Source: a virus
Reading direction: 5' to 3' (one strand)
DNA length: 64,000 bases
Virus record (IMG/VR): IMGVR_UViG_3300013093_000020
A program made the position numbers and the translations under genes. The notes below the pieces were generated by a model. That model worked only from the letters and a program-made list of their open reading frames with translations, had not been told where the DNA came from and did not search any database. This document shows, piece after piece, positions 38,601 through 47,848 of the stretch (position 1 is its first letter; each line of letters starts with the position of its first letter).

Positions 38601-41600
38601 GATTACATGGAACTAAGTTTGTAGTCGCCGTAACTGTGATCACATTAGGATATGTTACTGTGTTAATGACTACACTAGTTGCTGTTGCTGTTGCAGTAGT
38701 AGTTACTAATGCTGTACTAATAGTAAATTGTGTGCTACTAATAACATTATTAACATAGTACAGAGTTCCTGCAACTACACCGCCCAGTGTATTTCCTGTA
38801 AACTGAATGGGCATGTTTGGAGACATGTTAGTAGTTGATCCGACCATATAACCTGTGTTAGATGGGTAGTTCAAACTCATATTACCTACCGCAGTGTATA
38901 ATGATAAAATAGATCCGCTCTGTGTTGCACTAACTTGAATAGTATTATTGTCAAGAATATTACTAATATAATATGTGTAACCGCTTACTAACCCACCGAA
39001 TATGCCGCCGGCAGTGACAGTTAAAATACCAGATCCATTAGTTAATGCTAGAGTGGCACCGCCTACATATTGGCCAATAGTAATTGTTCCGCCTACACCC
39101 GGAGTTGGTATTGATAGAACATAGTATGTATTGCCTGCAACAATATTACCGAAAGCAGTACCGTTAAACACTATCGGCATACCTATTGTTATGCCAGCAG
39201 TGTTTGATAGCGTAACAAGATTACCTGCCGCAGATGTTTGTGTAGCACTAGTTGTGTAGGTAAATGCGTTACTAAATGTAATTGCCATACCAGTTGATAA
39301 CACACTAGTACCTGAAGTATAAATTGTGTTTATTTGCCCACCAGTTGTAGCTGTAACTGTAACCGTGGCTTGTGATGTTTGTGTCACTATTGAGTTATAG
39401 TAATTTGGCACAAATTGAATTGGCTGATTAACGTATAGAGTGTTAACATCTGCACTAGGATCTAGGCTAAACGCATTTGTTGCCGAACTTGAAGCATTAA
39501 TTAACACCGGAGCAAATGATTCTTTTAAGACTGTTGTATATTTGTTGCTGGCATTATATGATGATATAAATCCGTATTGGCCAACACCGGTACCGCTATT
39601 GATAAAAATTCTCATACCAATATAGTTAGTGGCAGAGTTAACATCAGATTGCGCCAAAGTAATATAACCAGTAGAACTACTGCCACCTTGTGCATTGTTA
39701 CTTGCTGTTAAATAACCAAGACCGCCGACTCCATTGCCGTTGTCTATCATTCGTGTTTGGAAAACACTATTTGAACGAATTTCATCGCCAACGGTTTGAA
39801 CACCAGTACCACTAGAATTGATAATATAATCAGCATAGGCAGTATATAATCCAGAAGTATTAGTTAGATAGAAGCCAAGTGATGCTGATCTTTCTAATTG
39901 TGCTCCGTAGACATAGGTATTACCAATTGTGCCAAAGCGAGTTCTTGGATATATCCTATATTGCAAGTTTGTATTTTGTGCAGTGGTATCGTATACTGAG
40001 AACCAAATTCTATACCAACCATTTTGTAACGTGTTTACACCATACTGTGTTGGTAATAATCCGCTACCATCTTGACTTGACGGAATAAGAGTAGCTGTGC
40101 TAAAATTAAATGTTACTGCACTTGCTCGTGTACTTGTGCCTGTAAAGAACGCATATAAATCAATTGCAGAAGCAGTACCTTGTTTAACATGTAAACTTAA
40201 AATATATGGTTGGTTAGATCCTGCAGGAACAGTGCCTGCACTACTAATACCAGACGGTGTTGAAATAGCACTACCTGTTAGATTAGTAACTGTAATAGTT
40301 AAATCGTTAGTGACGTTAACACCGCCTAACTGGCTTCCATAAATTTTGATTTGGTTACCCACAACATACCCGCTACCGCCACTGGCCACTGTAACAGAAT
40401 ATGATGTTGCATTGATAGTGATATTAAACAATGCTCCTGCACCGCTACCACTAATGTTTGATCCAGCGACGTTAGTAAAACTAGTTCCTTGCGGTGTTAC
40501 TGATACATTTTGATACAAGTAACTTGTGTCAGTACCGCCAGTGGCAGAAATAAATGTCCATGCATCGGCCAATGAGTCAGGACTTACTGTATTTTCAGTA
40601 AATGTTATATTACCGTCGTTGATCCAAGCACCGTTCTGAAAATTATTGCTATATTGCAACAAATTGGTCACGGCTGAAACATAGTTTTGACCGGCGTTAG
40701 TGTAAGTGTATTTCATTAGACCGTATGATCCAGCTGATGGGTATGTAAATGCTGGAATAACTGTAGCTGGTCCATATTGGTTATTAACTGTTGCACTGAT
40801 CGGAGTTTCGGTTGTGTCATACCCTTCAGCTACTAGTCCAAATGTACCGTATGAGCTGTTACCGTTTGTTGCACGAATTTTTCCGCCCGCTTCAGCAAAA
40901 TAACTTGTGTAAGCATAGTAAGAGAATACAGACACACATTCAGTAAGTGCTCCTGGTCCATAACACCAAATACCAATACCATCACTAATAACCTGTGTAA
41001 AGTCGTTTGAAACAATAGATTTATTCCCACCATTATGCAGTGTTCCGTCAATTTTACATCCAACGCTGCCTACACCAAATGTAGTGACGTTTTGTACATA
41101 AGGAGATCTACGGAAAATCCACGCTGTTGTATCACTTGGACCAGTGCCTGGATCTAACGCAACATAGGCATTACCTGTTGGTCGTTGAGTCGCATATTGA
41201 TTTTGTGCAGTTAATGTACCTAATTTTCCAACTAGACTCATATTGCGTAAGCCGCTGCCGTTTCTCATGCGGAACATGTCTACGATTGCATGCCCGCCGA
41301 TGGCTTGCATTAAACCATTACCTCCGGATAATGTTATCAATACAGATCCAGTTACTAATGATCCTTGTGTTTGTGATAGGTTAGACACTGACCCCACAGC
41401 GTATGCTAACCCATTAGGAGTAGTGCTTACTGTTATTGCTCCAGTAGCTGTTGTTAGTATGTAGTATACTGCTCCTGGAATAATATTTCCAAACCCAGTA
41501 TTAAATGCTATAGGTGCCCCGACTGTTAAACCAGCAGAACTAGTAACTGTTATGGTGCTGCCTAACGCTCCGGTTACTGTTATAGCCGGAGTACTAGAAC

Positions 41601-44526
41601 TACTAATAGCAAAATTTGATGAAGTTACTGTTGACCCTACAACATAATAAGTCTGTCCGGCTGTGATAGCAGATTCAAAAGCTGTCAGTGTTACTGGAAG
41701 ATTGTTATTAGTTGTTACAAATTGTATAGGGCATCCGTCATACAGCCCAGTAGTCGAACTAACGGTGAATAATTGTGTTGCCGCTGTAGAAATTGTTGTA
41801 TATGTATTATAAATTATCTTAGGTTGTACAACAACTCCGCGCAACTCGTCGCCAACTAATGCACAGTTTTCTGGAACTACAATTGGTAAAGATTCAGTAT
41901 AAGTTCCTGTTTTAACATAAATTGTTGAACTGATGCCAGAATTAGGAGTTGGTAAGTTTGTAGTGCTTTGTGATGCTAATGAATTGTAAATTAAATTAAA
42001 CAAAATATCAACATAAGTGTTGCCTGCACCGTTTGGGGCTAGTGGATTTGCTAAAGTTGTTTGTGATTCTACACCATTTAATCCCACTACTTGATTAATT
42101 CTTGATCCAGCAGCTATACCGTTTAATGCTTGATAGTTGTTTGCAGGTGCAGATTGATTGAGTACATTATTAATCAAACTATACATGTAGTTTAATGCAA
42201 TTACAAAATTAGGCATGTCTGCCGCAACTATAGTGCTAATAAAGGAATTTACACTACCAAAAGCAAAATAACTTTGTGCAGCTGCTACTGTTTGACTATT
42301 TCCACCTCGTGTAATATCATAAACAATAGCATCAATAATATATTCTGCATCTCGGATTGTTTCTGAAGGACCAACTGAGCTTGTATACCAAGTTCCATTA
42401 GTAACACCATTTAAATTATTGTTTAAAGAATATACAAGATAATTGTACATCTCAGTCACAATCCATAATTTATTTTTTGTTAAAATATTAGCAGTGTTTG
42501 GATATAATGTACCATTTAAAACATAGTTACATGCATAAGCAATAGATGCAAACGGTTGATCCCAGGTAGTACCATTAGTTAAGCTATTATCAACACCATT
42601 AGGTGCAACATAAAACACATTCTTTGTTTGGTTAATAGTCGACCATGTTGGTAATAGCACACCGGTAGCGCCAATAGTTGATCGCAATAGTTGTCCGGTA
42701 GTTCCTATTGGTAAGGCTGTGTTAGTAGGCGTAGTTGTTGATATATTGTAAGTTATATTACCTACAGTATTCAATGCATTGTGGCGAGCATGTAACACAT
42801 AAGGAATCCAGTATTGATTTGTAGTATCTTGATCTGGACGAGATTGTTTTGGTGAAGCTTGTATACAACGATATGTTGCATTTTGCCAAATAACTAAATC
42901 ACCTAGTAGATAGGTTGTTGTTGAATTCCAGAAACTTGCCCAATATGCTCCAGGGACGATTAAATTCCATGATGTTGAGTTAACTCCATAGAAATTAATA
43001 GTTTGGCCGTTAGTAAGTGCAGAATCAGGTGCTGAGCTTAATACTACTGTAGGAGTTCCAAATGTTCCATTGCCGGCAACCGTACCAGTAGCTGGATAAG
43101 TTAATATAACTGTTGATCCACTAATGCTTGCGACTTGTGATAAGCCATTTATGCCTGCGCCAATAACGCCTTGATTTACTGCTATGCCAGATGTACTACC
43201 TACGGTAATAGCGTTAGTACCAAAAGATACTAGACCGCTAACAGCAGATACAGTGTTTGCACTTAATGTAATTGTATTTGTTGCAATATTTTGTATAGTG
43301 GTTCCGCCAGCAATACCAGATGCGCTGACATTCATGCCTACTACTAGTCCGGCATTTGATGTTACTGTAATAGTCGGTGATCCGCTAGTGCCTGTTGCTG
43401 TGACTGTTACTGCGGCTGATGCAACCGTAGTAGTTACGGAACTTGCTAAACTAGCACTAATAATACTCTGGCCGCTGGCAAATCCGGAACCTATGGCAAT
43501 CATACCAGGAACTAGGGTATAGATACTTGATACAATTACTGTAGAACCAGAACTACCTGTTGAATTATATGTAACTGCTGATGAATAATTATTGGGATCT
43601 TGTGATGTGCTGTTGGCAATAGCAACATACAGTTCACCGTTTCTACGAACTACATCACCAATTTGATAACTAGTACCGCCAGTCCAATCTCCTGATGCTA
43701 GATACCCTTGGTTGAATAATGCCCAATCAGTGGCATCAGTATTTGGAATGTTGTTAGTATTATTATTAGTTAAACAGATATAGTCATAACCGCCATATTG
43801 TACAACGTCACCAGGTTGATATGCAGTACCTGAATTCCAAGTACCTAGATATTCTTCGCCTGGTAAGAATAAACTAAAATTACCAGCGGCCATTACTGGA
43901 CCTGATGTGTGCGCGATTGTACAAATGTATAAGTTAGCATCAACTTTTACAACATCTTGTACTTTGTACCTAAAAGAAGCTAGCCATGGTCCTTTGTAAT
44001 CAATACCTTGATTTAGAATAGTCCATGAACTTTGGTTGGCTTCAAGGCCAAGTGTTGCGCTAGCGGCAGAAGTATGGTTAGTGTTACAGACATAAACAAT
44101 ACCGCCATACTTGACAGCATCGCCAACACCGTAATTAGTATTTGGTAACCATGCAGTGTGCCAATTGGTAAATGTAGCCAGTGTTGTAAATTTAGAAAGA
44201 TCAAGAGTTGTTGAGCTTGTGTGATTAGCAGTACACACATACACAGCACCGCCATAGGTAACAATATTTCCTAGACTATAATAGGTACTTGGTGACCATG
44301 CGTTAGTCCAAGTTTTACCATCAAGAATTAAATTCCAATAAGGAGTGCTAGCACCGGCACCGGTTACATGATATAAATCTTGATAAAAATCTCCGCTAGT
44401 ATGTGGTACTAGGCAAACATACATTTTACCTTGATATGTAATGACTGCGTCTCTGTTATATGTAGTAGTAGTGGCCCACTGACCTGTGTAGTTGAATCGT
44501 AAACTACTAATTCTAAATTCTGGCAT
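35665..44526 (-). CDS. Giant multidomain fibre/baseplate protein (2953 aa), paralogue of 25751-35614
   Basis: Same domain order and shared motifs (GGNKS.V.NDFT, IRATNGNSSYG, VF.TSTDQDGNF.VGNLF.VQQATG). Confidence 0.85.
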   Translation of the reverse strand: MPEFRISSLRFNYTGQWATTTTYNRDAVITYQGKMYVCLVPHTSGDFYQDLYHVTGAGASTPYWNLILDGKTWTNAWSPSTYYSLGNIVTYGGAVYVCTANHTSSTTLDLSKFTTLATFTNWHTAWLPNTNYGVGDAVKYGGIVYVCNTNHTSAASATLGLEANQSSWTILNQGIDYKGPWLASFRYKVQDVVKVDANLYICTIAHTSGPVMAAGNFSLFLPGEEYLGTWNSGTAYQPGDVVQYGGYDYICLTNNNTNNIPNTDATDWALFNQGYLASGDWTGGTSYQIGDVVRRNGELYVAIANSTSQDPNNYSSAVTYNSTGSSGSTVIVSSIYTLVPGMIAIGSGFASGQSIISASLASSVTTTVASAAVTVTATGTSGSPTITVTSNAGLVVGMNVSASGIAGGTTIQNIATNTITLSANTVSAVSGLVSFGTNAITVGSTSGIAVNQGVIGAGINGLSQVASISGSTVILTYPATGTVAGNGTFGTPTVVLSSAPDSALTNGQTINFYGVNSTSWNLIVPGAYWASFWNSTTTYLLGDLVIWQNATYRCIQASPKQSRPDQDTTNQYWIPYVLHARHNALNTVGNITYNISTTTPTNTALPIGTTGQLLRSTIGATGVLLPTWSTINQTKNVFYVAPNGVDNSLTNGTTWDQPFASIAYACNYVLNGTLYPNTANILTKNKLWIVTEMYNYLVYSLNNNLNGVTNGTWYTSSVGPSETIRDAEYIIDAIVYDITRGGNSQTVAAAQSYFAFGSVNSFISTIVAADMPNFVIALNYMYSLINNVLNQSAPANNYQALNGIAAGSRINQVVGLNGVESQTTLANPLAPNGAGNTYVDILFNLIYNSLASQSTTNLPTPNSGISSTIYVKTGTYTESLPIVVPENCALVGDELRGVVVQPKIIYNTYTTISTAATQLFTVSSTTGLYDGCPIQFVTTNNNLPVTLTAFESAITAGQTYYVVGSTVTSSNFAISSSSTPAITVTGALGSTITVTSSAGLTVGAPIAFNTGFGNIIPGAVYYILTTATGAITVSTTPNGLAYAVGSVSNLSQTQGSLVTGSVLITLSGGNGLMQAIGGHAIVDMFRMRNGSGLRNMSLVGKLGTLTAQNQYATQRPTGNAYVALDPGTGPSDTTAWIFRRSPYVQNVTTFGVGSVGCKIDGTLHNGGNKSIVSNDFTQVISDGIGIWCYGPGALTECVSVFSYYAYTSYFAEAGGKIRATNGNSSYGTFGLVAEGYDTTETPISATVNNQYGPATVIPAFTYPSAGSYGLMKYTYTNAGQNYVSAVTNLLQYSNNFQNGAWINDGNITFTENTVSPDSLADAWTFISATGGTDTSYLYQNVSVTPQGTSFTNVAGSNISGSGAGALFNITINATSYSVTVASGGSGYVVGNQIKIYGSQLGGVNVTNDLTITVTNLTGSAISTPSGISSAGTVPAGSNQPYILSLHVKQGTASAIDLYAFFTGTSTRASAVTFNFSTATLIPSSQDGSGLLPTQYGVNTLQNGWYRIWFSVYDTTAQNTNLQYRIYPRTRFGTIGNTYVYGAQLERSASLGFYLTNTSGLYTAYADYIINSSGTGVQTVGDEIRSNSVFQTRMIDNGNGVGGLGYLTASNNAQGGSSSTGYITLAQSDVNSATNYIGMRIFINSGTGVGQYGFISSYNASNKYTTVLKESFAPVLINASSSATNAFSLDPSADVNTLYVNQPIQFVPNYYNSIVTQTSQATVTVTATTGGQINTIYTSGTSVLSTGMAITFSNAFTYTTSATQTSAAGNLVTLSNTAGITIGMPIVFNGTAFGNIVAGNTYYVLSIPTPGVGGTITIGQYVGGATLALTNGSGILTVTAGGIFGGLVSGYTYYISNILDNNTIQVSATQSGSILSLYTAVGNMSLNYPSNTGYMVGSTTNMSPNMPIQFTGNTLGGVVAGTLYYVNNVISSTQFTISTALVTTTATATATSVVINTVTYPNVITVTATTNLVPCNPIVFSGTTFGSVVAGTTYYIANIPDTYHIQLATSLINTTATSTAAITNLITVTSTTGFIAGNPIFFTGNSFGGLVSETQYYILAINNATTFTISNTVGGSAVALSTATGYMTIRTAPTTFTLTAVGSGSMTLTSTTAKKSLTSGYGSMSTLFQTPLFGGVTQGTTYYVLAINAGSTNTFTITATSNGVSAVTLASSTGSMQMGQVGWDHVIAGTPPVSVFDTSTIYYIEPRLTYSQPAFTQTYLTLPSQSAGAGYTAIAYGANYFIAVPAGGSTIIGSSDGNNWSSITIPFSAAWTGVAYGQGTWVIISTGGTSIPGSFVISSNSSGQSWKTAYLPSISTWTNIVYGNGTFVAIASGTSNVAYSTSYGSTWSSGSGLPNTTWTGLAYGANKWVAVASGGTQSAYSINNGASWTSGTLPVSTAWSSVAYGNGRFVAVSSTSATPAYSFDGITWYTSTYSITATSITYGQGVFTAVNSGNATCYTSEDGNFWKIRTGVAITSAATAFGFTGTAYVTGYNIGVAGSGYLTAPTLTFSGGGATVQATATCTILNGGIAAVTIITPGSGYTSTPTITVSAPPSGGTTAVVTAVMNTVPYTGIFVTVGGTGGVNSGSITSAGAQTKGRPNISAGTMATVYEFEPGSGYTSTPTLSIFDPNNTSTAPYALRTANGVLATPTFVSNGAGYTVSGTSIAVNGSGSADQYQNNYNLYINNLSNLPRPGDDLVISNNSTIYKVTSATGLYGTTAPNFTALLTISPSMSTLLAPSTGTALIIREKYSQVRATNHDFLNIGYGDQYQSNYPGVPVPGTTLLSPQNQTIENNYGRVFYTSTDQDGNFKVGNLFGVQQATGTVTISASQFGLQGLNQLTLGGISVGGSSVIITQFSTDGTFVANSDNILSTQKAVKTYLAARLSQGGSNTFTGNTTAGTVTIGGPNIIGSTVVAGTPGSSVKIPVTVHMQGPYAGVDGGMMAQAFFIKNFAHR

Positions 44527-44562
44527 GGTTATTTCCTATGGTGTTAGTGTACTTATGCTATT

Positions 44563-44934
44563 TTAGCTGTATGAAGGATAGTTTGCGTAGGTTGAATTAA
44601 TTCTGGCAACAAGACTACCTGCAGCATTAATGTAATAGTACATGTTACGATTGTCCCAACGATATTGATCAAAGAATAAATTTGGATAAGGGCGACTGTG
44701 ATCTGTAGCTAGTCGACCATCAAAGTAGTCCACGCCCCACTCAAAATCTTCAAAGTTATTTGCAGCAGTACCTGTAATATTAACAGTGATTGTTTCTGTT
44801 GATGTTAAATTGTCAACACGAGTAAAATACAATTTACCGTCATCAGTTCTGCGTAGCCCGTAAAAATAACGAGGAACCCCTGCCCCTAAAACTTGATCTT
44901 GGTTTAATTCGCCTGCATAAAATGGTGATGCCAT
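44563..44934 (-). CDS. Hypothetical structural-module protein
   Basis: 123-aa ORF in the operon, preceded by an SD. Confidence 0.75.
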   Translation of the reverse strand: MASPFYAGELNQDQVLGAGVPRYFYGLRRTDDGKLYFTRVDNLTSTETITVNITGTAANNFEDFEWGVDYFDGRLATDHSRPYPNLFFDQYRWDNRNMYYYINAAGSLVARINSTYANYPSYS

Positions 44935-44944
44935 GATTTATTCC

Positions 44945-45541
44945 TTATTGAATGATGACATAGCTTGCAACTATATCTAATGTATTTGTAACATTGGCGC
45001 TAGCTGTGACAGTCATATTGGGACCTAAGACCAGTCTTTCCCCGCCGTTGATTAACTTGGCTGTTTGATTAGCTGGAATAGGAATTTGATAAGCATAGTT
45101 GGCTGTGTTATTATTGTTATTTCCATCAACTATTTGGATGGTTACAAATGCCAGTTGCGAACTTGTATTAGCAATACTTAGGCCAACTACAGTGACTCGA
45201 GCATTTGATGCACTAGCAACTATCGGAGTTGGTCCGCCTGCCACAACATTTAGACTGCTACCTGACTGTGTGGTTAGGACAAAAGCAGATCCACCGCTGG
45301 TTGCGCTGATAGTTATTTGAGCAGTGTTTACTATTGATGCAATGAAATATGTTGTTCCTGCAACAATATTACTACCGCTAAGACCATTTCCGCTAAACAC
45401 AATTGGCATGTTTACATACATGCCTGCGGTGCTTGATACTGTGACAATATTGCCCACTGATAATGTGGCTGTAGCTACTGTGCTAACTGTGGTTGTTGTG
45501 CTTATATTTGAAAATAAAGCGTTGCTAAAAGTTGTTGACAT
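44945..45541 (-). CDS. Small structural protein carrying an inserted beta-module
   Basis: Core VVGLSIAN...IPAN...LVL plus ~85-aa VTVSSTAGM..MPIVF module. Confidence 0.75.
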   Translation of the reverse strand: MSTTFSNALFSNISTTTTVSTVATATLSVGNIVTVSSTAGMYVNMPIVFSGNGLSGSNIVAGTTYFIASIVNTAQITISATSGGSAFVLTTQSGSSLNVVAGGPTPIVASASNARVTVVGLSIANTSSQLAFVTIQIVDGNNNNNTANYAYQIPIPANQTAKLINGGERLVLGPNMTVTASANVTNTLDIVASYVIIQ

Positions 45542-45547
45542 TATAAA

Positions 45548-46591
45548 TTATCCTAACATTAAGGCGGCTTGCACGCCAAGATCTTGTCCTACAGCAGCAG
45601 TAACCCCTGTGAGCAAACCTGCTATGTTAATCCATTGGGTACCATTCCAAACTTCAACTAATTGCTGTGTTGTATTGAAACGAGTCATACCAGTTTCATA
45701 TGCAGTGGGTCTTTGCTGGTCAGTTCCATTGGGTAACACTACACCGTTAGTACCGGCTATTTTTACATAACCAGAGCCACTTTCTGCAAAAGTTGAAATT
45801 GAGTTGGGTACTACGTTAATTATCTGATTATTAAGGAATTCAAAATTTCCTAATTGGACGCCACCAGTTCCGCTAGTATTGAAAACGATATTTGTATTTG
45901 TCTGCGTACTGCTGATAGTGTTTCCGCTGATATCTAATCCGCTGGTTTGAAAATCTGTGGTATTTACTGTGGTAGCATTTAGGGTTGTGATAGAAGCTGT
46001 TGCTGTGTAGATATTTTTCCAGCGTAAACTTGCACTGCCTAAATTATATGTTATATCTGTGTTAGGTACTATATTGCTGTTAACTTCACCGTCAAATGTC
46101 ACAGTATCAGTATTGGCATTACCTAGCGTAATATTGCCATCTGCGGTGATATTGCCGGTGGCATGCAGATTGCCGTTAACTAGAGTGTTAGAATTTACAA
46201 CGACTTGACCTGTTCCCGACGGGCTCAACTGTATATTTGTATTTGATCCTGTACTACTAACAGTATTTGAATTTAGGCTTAAACTACCAACATTGAGTGT
46301 GCCTTGATATACAACTCCGCCGCTGGCAGGAGTTAGGTTTATTGTAGTATTTGAACTGCTGATTGTGTTACCAGATATGGTAAAACTAGCTAAGGTAGCA
46401 GTGCCGGCTGTTAAATTTGTGGTGTTTGTTGTACCGTTTACATCTAGGTCGTAAGCAGGAGTGGCGGTGTTCACGCCCACACGCAGATTATTAACATCCA
46501 GATATAATAAGCTCGTCTCAAAAGCCAGATTCACGCCTTGGCGAACCAAGTTGGCTTTTAAGAGCGGGCCTGTAATTCGACCGACAGCCAT
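45548..46591 (-). CDS. Fibre/baseplate structural protein
   Basis: GRITGPLL.ANL.R.G..LAFETSLLYL; paralogue of 46750-47838. Confidence 0.8.
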   Translation of the reverse strand: MAVGRITGPLLKANLVRQGVNLAFETSLLYLDVNNLRVGVNTATPAYDLDVNGTTNTTNLTAGTATLASFTISGNTISSSNTTINLTPASGGVVYQGTLNVGSLSLNSNTVSSTGSNTNIQLSPSGTGQVVVNSNTLVNGNLHATGNITADGNITLGNANTDTVTFDGEVNSNIVPNTDITYNLGSASLRWKNIYTATASITTLNATTVNTTDFQTSGLDISGNTISSTQTNTNIVFNTSGTGGVQLGNFEFLNNQIINVVPNSISTFAESGSGYVKIAGTNGVVLPNGTDQQRPTAYETGMTRFNTTQQLVEVWNGTQWINIAGLLTGVTAAVGQDLGVQAALMLG

Positions 46592-46594
46592 CTG

Positions 46595-46714
46595 CTCTCC
46601 TTGACCCCGCGTTTCACGGTTAACCTAGTTTGGATTTCTCCGCATCCCTCTCGGGCTCTTTGTCGGTTTACCACAGTTTAGTATCGGGGGCTTAAAACGG
46701 TCTAGCCCCTCAGT
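46595..46714 (-). ncRNA. Candidate structured 5' leader RNA
   Basis: GC-rich ~120 nt between a late promoter and the SD; CCC-GAGA-GGG and GGA-GAAA-UCC GNRA hairpins inside an enclosing helix. Confidence 0.55.
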
Positions 46715-46749
46715 AATACTATTTAGCGTATTTGAGTTTTTGGGCTTGA

Positions 46750-47838
46750 TTAGAGGTTAAAAATAAGGGCCCAATCTGAAATGACATCGTCAAATTGAGA
46801 TGTGGTTAACGGAGGGTTAGCTCCTTCGACGGCAATCCATGAGTTACTATCTGTGCTATAAATTTCTGCAATACCAGTTTCTGTATTGTATCTGAATGTA
46901 CCGTTTTCTGGATTTGCAGGTCGTTGTCCGGTATTCCCCAACGGTATAACAACTCCATAGGTTCCGGCGAATTTTACATATCCATAACCAGTATTAGATA
47001 AAGTGAGAGCAGTATTGGTATAATTCTGTATGGCATTGCCTACTATCCAATTTACTCCGTTAAAACTAACATTGGCAAATCCATTAGGGGTTAAATTAAT
47101 AGGTTGACCAGGACTAGTGTTAGTAATAGTATTGCCGTTAAACTGTATATTACCAGCATTTAGAGTAGCACTAGATAAATTTGTACTATTAAATGTTGTT
47201 GGATTTAATGTTTGAGTATAAGCATTGTTCCATCGTAGACTAGGACTACCTAGCGTAAACAAGTTATCACTGCTAGGTAAAATATCACTGTTTAATTCTG
47301 CTTGAAAATTAACAGTATTGCCTGTACTGCTTCCTAAAGTAACATTGCCATCCCAAGTTATATTTCCTGTAGCATGCAGATCGCCATTGATCAATGTGTC
47401 AGAATTTATGACAACTTGTCCTAGACCGGAAGGTGATAAATTTATGTCTGTGTTTGATGTAGTTGCAGAAATACTATTGTTGTTTACTAGTAAATTAGCA
47501 GTGGTAACACCTTCTGTTCCTAATAGACCTACAACATTTATTGTAGGATTATTAGATTGGTTAGGATGAAATGTTATGGATCCTGAGAGATTTTGGATGT
47601 AGTTAGTACTAATACTAAACCCACTACTGATATTAGTGAATTGAGGGACCTGCAAAGTCGTAGTATTGGTAGTACCGTTGACTGTTAAATCACTAACAGT
47701 GGAATTAGTTTTTATACCTATCTGCTGCCCGTTTACTGCTAGGTATAATAAACTTGTTTCAAAAGCTAGGTCAGTGCCATGGCGATATAAATTATTCGCA
47801 AGTAGCGGGCCGCTTATTCTGCCTAGTTCGGCTCCCAT
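46750..47838 (-). CDS. Fibre/baseplate structural protein
   Basis: GRISGPLLANNL.R.G.DLAFETSLLYL; paralogue of 45548-46591. Confidence 0.8.
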   Translation of the reverse strand: MGAELGRISGPLLANNLYRHGTDLAFETSLLYLAVNGQQIGIKTNSTVSDLTVNGTTNTTTLQVPQFTNISSGFSISTNYIQNLSGSITFHPNQSNNPTINVVGLLGTEGVTTANLLVNNNSISATTSNTDINLSPSGLGQVVINSDTLINGDLHATGNITWDGNVTLGSSTGNTVNFQAELNSDILPSSDNLFTLGSPSLRWNNAYTQTLNPTTFNSTNLSSATLNAGNIQFNGNTITNTSPGQPINLTPNGFANVSFNGVNWIVGNAIQNYTNTALTLSNTGYGYVKFAGTYGVVIPLGNTGQRPANPENGTFRYNTETGIAEIYSTDSNSWIAVEGANPPLTTSQFDDVISDWALIFNL

Positions 47839-47848
47839 GGGCTAGTCC

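Noticed and set aside
46592-46714. Canonical c-di-GMP-I riboswitch
   Set aside because: It lacks the GCAAA junction and the tetraloop-receptor second stem; kept only as an unassigned structured leader.
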